From positions 11,457-75,456 of the forward strand of contig JANOEP010000008.1 in the NCBI GenBank assembly GCA_031441465.1: a stretch of 64,000 bases of DNA. The letters run 5' to 3'. The stretch comes from a bacterium. GTDB taxonomy: Bacteria > Krumholzibacteriota > Krumholzibacteriia > LZORAL124-64-63. Shown piece after piece: positions 19,493 to 27,816 of the stretch (its first letter is position 1; each line of letters begins with the position of its first letter). Made by a program: the position numbers and the translations under genes. The notes beneath the pieces were generated by a model. The model made no database searches. It was not told where the DNA came from and saw only the letters and a list, made by a program, of their open reading frames with translations.

Positions 19493-21157
19493 ATGTCCAT
19501 GCTCTTCCTGGTCCTGGCCTGGGGCACGATCATCGGCTTCACTTGGTTCGCCTTCTCGCGCATCCTGCGGCTGGGCAAGAAAGCGGACCTGACGGCCGCC
19601 GACGGCGGCGGCCGGGCGCAGTGGGGCACGCGCATCGGGCTGATCCTGGCCATGGCGGGCAACGCCATCGGGCTGGGCAACTTCCTGCGTTTCCCGCGCC
19701 AGGCGGCCGACAACGGCGGCGGCGCCTTCATGATCCCCTACTTCATCGCTCTGCTGCTGCTCGGCGTGCCCCTGATGTGGGTCGAGTGGACCACGGGCCG
19801 CTACGGCGGCACCCGGGGCCACGGCTCAACGCCCGGCATGTTCCACTTGATGTGGAAGCACCCCCTGGCCAAGTACCTGGGCGCCTTCGGGATCTTCCTG
19901 CCCTTCACCATCGGCATCTACTACTGCTTCATCGAGTCGTGGACGCTGGGCTACAGCTGGTTCTCCGGCACCGGAGCCTACTGGGGCAACACCTCGCGCG
20001 AGGCGATGAGCGCGTTCCTGCAGGGCTACCAGGGCGTGGCGGCCAACCAGTATTTTGCCTCGATCGTGCCCGCGGTCGTCTTCCTGGCGCTGACCCTGTT
20101 CTTCAACTGGTTCTTCCTGGCGCGCGGCATCTCCCGCGGCATCGAGGTGCTGGCGAAGTACGGACTGCCGGTGCTGTTCTTGTTCGGAATCGTGCTGGCC
20201 GTGCGCGTCCTGACCCTGGGCGCGCCGGATCCCGCCTTCCCCGAGCGCAACGTGGCCGAGGGGCTGGCCTTCGTCTGGCAACCGGACTTCGCCCTGCTCG
20301 GGAGGGCCTCGGTCTGGCTGGCGGCGGCCGGCCAGATCTTCTTCACGCTGAGCCTGGGCCAGGGGATGATCAACTGCTACGCCTCGTACGTGCGCGAGCA
20401 GGACGACGTCACCCTGAACGGCCTGGCCACCACGATGACCAACGAGTTCGCCGAGGTGATCCTCGGCGGCACCATCGCGATCCCGGTCGCGGTCGCCTTC
20501 TTCGGCATCGCCGAGACCCAGCAGATCGCGGCGGCCGGCTCCTTCGACCTCGGCTTCGTCGCCATGCCCGCCATCTTCCAGCAGCTGCCCCTCGGCCAGC
20601 TGCTGGGCGCGATGTGGTTCCTGCTGCTGTTCATCGCCGGCATCACCTCGTCGGTGGCGCTGCTGTCGCCGGCGGTCGCCTTCGTCGAAGACGAATTCAA
20701 ATGGTCGCGCGTGAGGTCCGTCAACGCGGTCTTCGCCGTGCTGCTGGCGGGCACGGTCGCCGTGGTGGCGTTCTTCCGCTACGGATTCATGGACGAGATG
20801 GACTTCTGGGCCGGCACGTTCGGCCTGGTCGTGTTCGGGATCATCGAGGTGATCATCTTCGGCTGGGTGTTCGGGATCGAGCGCGGCTGGCAGGAGATGC
20901 ACAAGGGGGCGCAGCTGAAGGTCCCGGGCTTCTTCAAGTTCGTGATCAAGTACGTCACTCCGCTCTACATGCTGGCCATCCTGGGCGTCTGGACGTACCA
21001 GGACGCCGTGCCCAAGCTGCTCATGCACGACGAAGCTCGCGAGAACATCCCCTACCTGTGGGGAGCCCGTGCGCTCATGCTCGCGATCGTCGTGTTGAAC
21101 CTGTGGCTGATCGCCAAGGCGTGGCGGCGGCACGAACGGAGTCCGGCCGCCCGGTGA
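19493..21157 (+). CDS. Sodium-dependent NSS/SNF family transporter with an extra N-terminal TM helix
   Basis: WGTRIGLILAMAGNAIGLGNFLRFP, GGGAFMIPY, AAGQIFFTLS; GGAGGT RBS. Confidence 0.93.
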   Translation: MSMLFLVLAWGTIIGFTWFAFSRILRLGKKADLTAADGGGRAQWGTRIGLILAMAGNAIGLGNFLRFPRQAADNGGGAFMIPYFIALLLLGVPLMWVEWTTGRYGGTRGHGSTPGMFHLMWKHPLAKYLGAFGIFLPFTIGIYYCFIESWTLGYSWFSGTGAYWGNTSREAMSAFLQGYQGVAANQYFASIVPAVVFLALTLFFNWFFLARGISRGIEVLAKYGLPVLFLFGIVLAVRVLTLGAPDPAFPERNVAEGLAFVWQPDFALLGRASVWLAAAGQIFFTLSLGQGMINCYASYVREQDDVTLNGLATTMTNEFAEVILGGTIAIPVAVAFFGIAETQQIAAAGSFDLGFVAMPAIFQQLPLGQLLGAMWFLLLFIAGITSSVALLSPAVAFVEDEFKWSRVRSVNAVFAVLLAGTVAVVAFFRYGFMDEMDFWAGTFGLVVFGIIEVIIFGWVFGIERGWQEMHKGAQLKVPGFFKFVIKYVTPLYMLAILGVWTYQDAVPKLLMHDEARENIPYLWGARALMLAIVVLNLWLIAKAWRRHERSPAAR

Positions 21158-21166
21158 CCGCAGGGC

Positions 21167-22684
21167 TCACTGCCGCACCCGCTCGCGGGCCTGCTGCAGC
21201 AAGGGCGGAATGTCGGGGTTGTCGGGCGCGAGTTCCAGGGCGCGGACGAAGTCGTCCGCCGCCTCGCTCCAGCGCCGAGCCTGGTAGCGGTGCAGCCCGC
21301 GGTTGTACCAGGCGGCCGCCAGGCCGGGGTCCAGGGCCAGGGCGCGGTCCAGCGCCTCCTCCCCCTGCGCCGCGCGCCCGGTCATCATCAAGGTGTAGCC
21401 CAGGTCGCTCCAGATCTCCGCCCGCTCCGGCGCCGCGAGCAGCGCCTCGCGCAGCCATTCTTCCGCGCTTTCGACCTTGCCGACGCGGTTCAGCAGTCGC
21501 CCGTACGGTGCCGCGAGATCCCCCGCTCCTTCTCCCCGCTCCCTGCGGGCGGTCAGGACGCGGCGCAGGTCTTCCAGCGCGAGTTCGTCGGCGCCGATCT
21601 GCACGTACAGCAGGCCTCGCCGCGCGCGGCTCTGCTCCTGGTGGTCGTCGAGACGGATGCAGACGCCGAGCGCGTCCACGGCGCGATCGGCCCAGGCGAC
21701 CCGGTGGTCGGGGGTGGTCGCCGCCGCGAAGCTGTCGTCCGCCGCCAGGGACCAGCCATAGGCCGAGCCGGCGGCCAACAGACGCCCGAAGGCGATCCAG
21801 ACGGGACGGAGTTCGGGCTTCGCGCCGCCCTCGTCGATCACGACCTCGGCGGGTCCCGGACACGTGCCGAGTCCGAGTTCGAGCGCATCGTAGCTGTAGT
21901 TGAAGAAGCGGCGGGCTTCCACGGGATCGCCGACACGCTCGCAGACCTGGGCCAGGTCGCGATGGAAGCGGGCGGACCAGGCGGCCTCGGGTCGGGTGTC
22001 GCGCAACCAGTAGTACGCGTTCGCGACGTCGCCGCGGGCCAGTTCGGCGACACCGCGGATCCAGCGCCACTCGAAGCGGAAGTACTCCTTGGTCTCGATG
22101 TCGCGCGAGATGTTGTAGGCGCCGCGCAGGTCGCCGTGCGCGGCCCGGCACAACCCCAGCAACATGCGGACCTCGCGCTCGGCGGGCGAGATCCGGGCGG
22201 CGCTGTCGGCCCAGGCGTGGGCCAACGTCCAGCGGCCGCGGTCCCGGTGCAGCCAGCCGCGCGCCAGGGCCAGCCGCAAGCGCGCCGCGCGCCGCTCCTT
22301 GACCGGCAACTCCCCGATCGCCGGTTCGAGCGCCTCGAGCGCCGCCAGGGCCCGCTGGGTGTCGCCGACGCGACCGGCGGCCTCGGCCAGGGCGAACCCG
22401 TGATCGGGCACGTCGGGCGCGAGCGCGACCGCCGTCACCAGAGCGCGCAGCCGCTCGGCGTCGTCGCGGGTCGTTTCGGCCAGCCGCCGCCACGGCTGCG
22501 CCAGCGCGCGCCGCCGCTCGCGGACGGCCGGCGACAGGGCCCGGACAGCTTCGTAGTCCAGCGAATCGGCGGGCGTTTCGCAACGCCAGGCCTCGTGGTA
22601 GCTCAGGGACAGCGCCGGCGTGCGCGCGCAACCGGCGACGAAACCCGCCGCCAGCGCCGTCGCGATGTACCAGCCGAACCGCAT
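21167..22684 (-). CDS. TPR-repeat lipoprotein
   Basis: Lipobox VAGC; TPR consensus (AWYNRG, ALELAPDN). Confidence 0.75.
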   Translation of the reverse strand: MRFGWYIATALAAGFVAGCARTPALSLSYHEAWRCETPADSLDYEAVRALSPAVRERRRALAQPWRRLAETTRDDAERLRALVTAVALAPDVPDHGFALAEAAGRVGDTQRALAALEALEPAIGELPVKERRAARLRLALARGWLHRDRGRWTLAHAWADSAARISPAEREVRMLLGLCRAAHGDLRGAYNISRDIETKEYFRFEWRWIRGVAELARGDVANAYYWLRDTRPEAAWSARFHRDLAQVCERVGDPVEARRFFNYSYDALELGLGTCPGPAEVVIDEGGAKPELRPVWIAFGRLLAAGSAYGWSLAADDSFAAATTPDHRVAWADRAVDALGVCIRLDDHQEQSRARRGLLYVQIGADELALEDLRRVLTARRERGEGAGDLAAPYGRLLNRVGKVESAEEWLREALLAAPERAEIWSDLGYTLMMTGRAAQGEEALDRALALDPGLAAAWYNRGLHRYQARRWSEAADDFVRALELAPDNPDIPPLLQQARERVRQ

Positions 22685-22824
22685 GGCAGCTCCTCCATCG
22701 TGCCGACCACGATCCCGAACCGGCTTCATTCCATCCCAATTCAAGCGCGAAAGCAAGGACGCAGCCGGGAACGCGATCCTTACGGAGGCGGCGGGAAGAA
22801 GTTCAGCGTTCCGGTCGCGGCGTC

Positions 22825-22854
22825 TTGACAGACCCGGCGGCGTCCGGATAACTT
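22825..22854 (+). promoter_or_regulatory. Possible sigma70 promoter of the carboxypeptidase gene
   Basis: TTGACA-N18-TAACTT. Confidence 0.4.
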
Positions 22855-22912
22855 GCGCGCGGGGACCATGGAAGGCACCCCGACCTCACACCCCCGACTC
22901 GCGAGGACCGCC

Positions 22913-24037
22913 ATGCCACGGATGGACGCTCGGACCGCCACCCTGCTGATCGTCATGTTCCTGCTTCCCGCCGCCGCCGCCCTGTCCGGCGCCTATTCGT
23001 CCGCCATCGTCATGGAGGAGCGCAGCGGCGAGATCCTGTTCGCCGAGAACGAGCACGCCCGCCTCGCCCCGGCGTCGATGGTCAAGATGATGACCGAGCT
23101 GATCGTGCTCGAGCACGCCGCCCGCGGCGAACTGACGCTCGACGACATGGTGACGGTGTCCGCGCGGGCCAGCCGCATCGGCGGCTCTCAGGTCTACCTC
23201 AAGGAGGGCGAGGTCTTCACGGTCCGCGACCTGCTGATGGCCCTGGCGATCCACTCGGGCAACGACGCCGGCGTGGCCCTGGCCGAGCACGTCGCCGGCA
23301 CCGACGACGCCTTCGTCGTGCTGATGAACGCCCGCGCCCGCGAACTCGGGATGCGCGACACCGTGTTCCACAGCGTGCACGGCCTGCCGCCGGCTCGCGG
23401 CCAGTCGAGCGACCTCTCTTCGGCCCACAACATGGCCGTGCTGGGGCGCGAGATCTGCCGCCATCCGGAATCGCTGTCCTGGGCCGTGATGGACCAGGTT
23501 CCCTTCCGCAACGGCCAGTTCCTGCTGCGCAACCCCAACCCCCTGGTCGGCAAGCTGCGCGGCCTGGAGGGCATCAAGACCGGCTACACCGTCGAGGCGG
23601 GCTTCTGCCTCACTGCAGCCGCCACCCAGAAGGGCGTGCGCCTGATTTCCGTGGTGATGGGAGCCAAGACCAACGCCGCCCGCGGCAGCGAGACCAGCCG
23701 CCTGCTGGCCCGCGGCTTCACGGAGTACTCGCCGGTGAAGCTGGTGCCGGCCGCCGGCGACTCCTGCCCACGTCAGATCCCGGTCAAGGGCGGGAAGCTC
23801 AAGACCGCCGGCCTGGTCTTCACCCAGCCCCTGGAGGTCGGCGTCCGCAAGGCCCGGGCCGGCGACGTGACGCTGCGCTACGAGCTGCCGGCCCGCATCG
23901 AGGCCCCCGCGATCGCCGGCACCGTGGTTGGCAAGGCCGTCGCGGAGCTGGACGGCAAACCGCTGGGCGAGGTGCCGATCGCCCTGTCCGCCGCCGTGGT
24001 CAAGGGCAGCTTCTGGGACCGCGTCTTCAAGCGCTGA
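22913..24037 (+). CDS. D-alanyl-D-alanine carboxypeptidase (peptidase S11, PBP5/DacA-like)
   Basis: SMVK (SxxK), SGN (SxN) and KTG motifs; signal peptide; PBP5-like C-terminal domain. Confidence 0.92.
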   Translation: MPRMDARTATLLIVMFLLPAAAALSGAYSSAIVMEERSGEILFAENEHARLAPASMVKMMTELIVLEHAARGELTLDDMVTVSARASRIGGSQVYLKEGEVFTVRDLLMALAIHSGNDAGVALAEHVAGTDDAFVVLMNARARELGMRDTVFHSVHGLPPARGQSSDLSSAHNMAVLGREICRHPESLSWAVMDQVPFRNGQFLLRNPNPLVGKLRGLEGIKTGYTVEAGFCLTAAATQKGVRLISVVMGAKTNAARGSETSRLLARGFTEYSPVKLVPAAGDSCPRQIPVKGGKLKTAGLVFTQPLEVGVRKARAGDVTLRYELPARIEAPAIAGTVVGKAVAELDGKPLGEVPIALSAAVVKGSFWDRVFKR

Positions 24038-24157
24038 TCCCCGATCCCATCGAGCTTCTGCGCGCGGGCGGATTGTGCAACAATCCGCCCGCGTCATCGT
24101 TGACAGATGGTTGTGCCGTGCCGAACGACCCCTGATCCGGATCCCCGAGGAGTGATC

Positions 24158-27100
24158 ATGAGCATGCGTTCCTGGCCCCTGGCCGTCCTGATCCTGCTCG
24201 CGGCGGGGTTGTCCGCCGCCGCCGCCGAATTCGACGCGCAGGACATGCGCCTGCTGCGCAACCCCGACCTCCACGGCGACACCATCGTGTTCGTCCAGGG
24301 CGGCGACCTGTGGACGGTGCCGACCGCCGGCGGCGAGGCCCGACGGCTCACCTCCCACGTCGGCTTCGAGTCGCAGCCCAAGTTCTCGCCGGACGGCCGG
24401 TGGATCGCCTTCTCGGGCGACTACGACGGCAATCGGGACGTCTACGTGATCCCCGCCGAGGGCGGCGAGCCCCGGCGCCTCACCTGGCACCCGCTGGGGG
24501 ACCGGGTCATCGACTGGCAGCCCGACGGACGGGCGGTGCGCTTCCAGAGTTCGCGCACCAGCTTCACCATGCGCGAGCAGCAGCTCTGGACGGTGCCGCT
24601 CGAAGGCGGCCTGCCCGAGATGCTGCCCCTGCCCGAGGGCGGCTTGTCCAGTTGGTCGCCCGACGGCCGCCGTCTCGCCTACAACCGCATCACCTCGGAG
24701 AGCCGCACCTGGAAGCGCTACCAGGGCGGCATGGCCCAGGACATCTGGATCCACGACTTCGACAAAGGCACGACGGTGCGGATCACCGACTGGCCCGGTG
24801 CCGAGAACTACCCGATGTGGTTCGGCGACACGATCTACTTCACGAGCGACCGCACCGGCCGCCACCAGATCTGGGCCTACGACACCGTGGGCGGCGGCTT
24901 CCGGCAGGTGACCGACCATTCCGAATACGACGTCAATCTCCCGAGCCTCGGCACCGGCGCCATCGTCTACGAGAACGGCGGCTGGCTGCACGTGCTGGAC
25001 CTCGCGACCGGCAAGACCCGCAAGGTGACCGTGGCGTTGCACGACGATTTCTTCCGCACGCGCCCGGCATTCGTGGAAGCAGCCGGCCGGATCACCAGCA
25101 GCGGCCTCGGCCCCGACGCGCAGCGCGCGGTCTTCGCGGCCCGCGGCGAGATCTTCACCGTTCCGGCGGAGAAGGGCGACGTGCGCAACCTCACCGGCAC
25201 CCCTGCGGTGAACGAGATCCTGCCCGCCTGGTCGCCGGACGGCAAGTGGATCGCCTACTTCGGGGACGCCTCCGGCGAGTACGAGTTGACCCTGCGCCGC
25301 GGCGACGGCAGCGGCGAGGAGCGGCGCCTGACCTCGGGCAGCGGCACCTACTACGTCGGGCTGCGCTGGTCGCCGGACAGCAAGATGATCCTGACCTACG
25401 ACGCGTCCATGATGCTGCGCTGGGTCGACGCCGACAGCGGCGAGCAGCACGACATCGGCCGCAGCCCCACCGAGCGCAGCTTCGACGCCGCCTGGAGTCC
25501 GGACAGCCGCTGGGTGGCCTTCGCCGAGGCCGAGGACAACGAATTCTCCTCGATCTTCCTCTTCGACACGAAGGACGGGTCGCGCAGCCGCGTGACCACG
25601 CCGATGACCGACGACACGTCCCCGACGTTCTCCCCCGACGGGAAGTACCTGTACTTCGCCTCGGAGCGCAGCTTCCAGCCCGACTTCGGCCCCTACGACC
25701 AGGTTCCCCACTGGAGCGGGACGACCGGCCTGTACCTGGCGACCCTGCAGGCCGACGCGCCGCACCCCTTCCCGCCCGAGAGCGACGAGGTCGCCGTCGA
25801 GGGTGAGGACGACGACAAAGACAAGGAAAAGGACAAGGCCGAAGACGAGAAGAAGGACGACGACAAGAAGAGCGGCGACAAGGAAAAGGTCGAGCCGACG
25901 GTCATCGATCTCGAGGGTATCGGCAGCCGCATCGTCGCCCTGGACGTGCCGCCGGGCAACTACGGCAACCTGGCGGCCGCCAAGGGCAAGCTGTTCTACC
26001 TGAAGCGCGATCCGCAGGCCGAAAGCGGCGAGATCATGGTCTTCGACCTGGAGAAGCGCGAAGCCGAGACCGTGCTCGCCAAGGCCGACGGCTTCGAACT
26101 GGATGCCGAGGGTGCGAAGTTGATGTACCGGGAAGGCAAGACCTACGGCATCGTCACGGCGGACGCCGACCAGAAGCCGGCCGAGAAGCCGCTGCGCACC
26201 GCGGAGATGAAGGCCCGCAGCGATCCCCGCGCCGAGTGGCGTCAGATGTTCCACGACGCCTGGCGGCTCGAGAGCGACTTCTTCTACGACCCGGGCATGC
26301 ACGGCGTCGACTGGGGCCGCATGCACGAACGCTACGGCCAGCTGGTCCCCTACGTGACCGACCGGCGCGACCTGGACTACATCCTGGGCGAACTCATCGC
26401 CGAACTGGGCGCGGGCCACGCCTACGTCAACGGCAGCGACGAGGCTCCGAAAGCCAAGCCGGTGGGCGTCGGCCTGCTGGGCGCGGACATCCGTCTCGAC
26501 GCCGCGTCGGGCCGCTACCGGCTGGTGAACATCCTGACCGAGCGCGACTGGAACGAGGACCAGCGCACGCCCCTGGCGGGCCCGGGCCTCGACGTCCGCG
26601 AAGGCGACTACCTGCTGGCCGTCGACGGCAAGCCGCTGCAGGCCCCGGTGAATCCCTACTCCCTGTTCGAGAACAAGGTCGACGTCCGCACCGTCCTGAC
26701 CGTGGCCGACAAGCCCGACGGCGAGGAGCGCGAGGTCGTCGTCCTGCCGATCGCCTCGGAGACCGGGTTGCGCTACGTCCGGTGGGTCGAGGGCAACCGC
26801 CGCAAGGTGGCCGAGCTGTCGGGCGGCAAGGTCGGCTACCTCCACCTGCCCGACACCGCGGTCGACGGCGTGCAGGCCTTCGCCCAGGCCTACTACCCGC
26901 AGGTGCGCCTGGAGGGCCTGATCATCGACGAGCGCTTCAACAGCGGCGGGTTCATCCCCGACTTCCTGCTGAACATCCTGGGCCAGGACTTCCTGAACCT
27001 CTGGAAGCCCCGCTACGGCCAGGACTGGCGCACGCCGGGCACGGCCTTCCACGGCCCGATGGTCATGGTCAGCAACTCGCACGCCGGCTCGGGCGGCGAC

Positions 27101-27424
27101 GCCCTGCCCTACTACTTCCAGAAGTACGGGCTGGGCAAGGTCGTCGGCACCCGCACCTGGGGCGGCCTGATCGGCATCAGCAGCCGGATCCCGCTGATGG
27201 ACGGCGGCCTGGTGACCTTCCCCGAGTTCGGCCTGTTCAACCTCGAGGGCGAGTGGGACGTCGAAAACCACGGCGTCGATCCCGACCTCGTGGTCGAGAA
27301 CCTGCCCGAGGAGGTCAACCGCGGGCGCGATCCGCAGCTCGAGCGGGCGGTGCAGGAGGTGCTCGCGGCGATGAAGGAGCGGCGGGAGCTGCCGGCGGCA
27401 CCGGCTTTCCCAAGAGATCGGTAG
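24158..27424 (+). CDS. Tricorn-type protease (peptidase S41) with PD40 propellers and PDZ domain
   Basis: Repeated WSPDG motifs; ELGAGH; DERFNSGG; AGSGGD; GTRTWGG; DPQLERA. Confidence 0.93.
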   Translation: MSMRSWPLAVLILLAAGLSAAAAEFDAQDMRLLRNPDLHGDTIVFVQGGDLWTVPTAGGEARRLTSHVGFESQPKFSPDGRWIAFSGDYDGNRDVYVIPAEGGEPRRLTWHPLGDRVIDWQPDGRAVRFQSSRTSFTMREQQLWTVPLEGGLPEMLPLPEGGLSSWSPDGRRLAYNRITSESRTWKRYQGGMAQDIWIHDFDKGTTVRITDWPGAENYPMWFGDTIYFTSDRTGRHQIWAYDTVGGGFRQVTDHSEYDVNLPSLGTGAIVYENGGWLHVLDLATGKTRKVTVALHDDFFRTRPAFVEAAGRITSSGLGPDAQRAVFAARGEIFTVPAEKGDVRNLTGTPAVNEILPAWSPDGKWIAYFGDASGEYELTLRRGDGSGEERRLTSGSGTYYVGLRWSPDSKMILTYDASMMLRWVDADSGEQHDIGRSPTERSFDAAWSPDSRWVAFAEAEDNEFSSIFLFDTKDGSRSRVTTPMTDDTSPTFSPDGKYLYFASERSFQPDFGPYDQVPHWSGTTGLYLATLQADAPHPFPPESDEVAVEGEDDDKDKEKDKAEDEKKDDDKKSGDKEKVEPTVIDLEGIGSRIVALDVPPGNYGNLAAAKGKLFYLKRDPQAESGEIMVFDLEKREAETVLAKADGFELDAEGAKLMYREGKTYGIVTADADQKPAEKPLRTAEMKARSDPRAEWRQMFHDAWRLESDFFYDPGMHGVDWGRMHERYGQLVPYVTDRRDLDYILGELIAELGAGHAYVNGSDEAPKAKPVGVGLLGADIRLDAASGRYRLVNILTERDWNEDQRTPLAGPGLDVREGDYLLAVDGKPLQAPVNPYSLFENKVDVRTVLTVADKPDGEEREVVVLPIASETGLRYVRWVEGNRRKVAELSGGKVGYLHLPDTAVDGVQAFAQAYYPQVRLEGLIIDERFNSGGFIPDFLLNILGQDFLNLWKPRYGQDWRTPGTAFHGPMVMVSNSHAGSGGDALPYYFQKYGLGKVVGTRTWGGLIGISSRIPLMDGGLVTFPEFGLFNLEGEWDVENHGVDPDLVVENLPEEVNRGRDPQLERAVQEVLAAMKERRELPAAPAFPRDR

Positions 27425-27547
27425 CCACCTTTCCGTCGGCGGACGCCCTCCGGTCACCTCGTGTGACCGGAGGGCTCGGCTTTTCGGCCCTTTCGCCATC
27501 CGTGGCGAAAGGGCCTGCAAGACGCCGCCGCCGGAAAGGTGGCTACC
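27420..27547. repeat. Three-stem structured intergenic element, copy 1
   Basis: 23-bp terminal inverted repeat (1 mismatch) enclosing two 13-bp hairpins; same architecture as 49691-49817. Confidence 0.85.
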
Positions 27548-27750
27548 TGGACATGGGGGGTGTTCGACCTCGTTGGGACATGGGCGGTGGTGCCGGCACC
27601 GACTACCGAACGGGGCAATTCGGGCCAGGCGTGGTCAGATCCCTGGCGGTGGGGGGCGCAGGGGGGCGATCCCACCGACCACGACGAGACGAAACTGAAT
27701 ATCATTCAATGAGTTGTCGGTTGCCTCGATGTGGGGGGCGGCAGCGGTGG

Positions 27751-27766
27751 TGGCCGGGGAATTGCT
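27751..27766 (+). promoter_or_regulatory. sigma54 (-24/-12) promoter
   Basis: TGGCCGGGGAATTGCT (GG-N10-GC) about 50 nt before the GT start; IHF-like ATTCAATGAGTTG at 27704-27716. Confidence 0.65.
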
Positions 27767-27816
27767 CTCTGAGATCCGTCCCGATCCGACGGAGTATCCC
27801 GATCCCGGAGGCAGTC

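Noticed and set aside
25800..25890. Purine-rich low-complexity tract inside tricorn
   Set aside because: Encodes the Asp/Glu/Lys linker common in bacterial tricorn proteases
22886..27520. 1544-aa minus-strand ORF and other long shadow ORFs (for example 8828-11227, 19543-21903, 53399-55819)
   Set aside because: Antisense or off-frame to clear genes; typical high-GC artefacts without motifs
27420..27547. Hammerhead ribozyme reading of the three-stem element (minus strand has GGCC..GGCC-GAAA and GUC)
   Set aside because: No CUGANGA core, GAAA is not kept in copy 2 (GGAA), and stem III register does not fit
26236..27816. Long N-terminal extension of the GT2 ORF
   Set aside because: Overlaps tricorn in another frame and crosses the structured element; the real start at 27817 has an RBS and promoter
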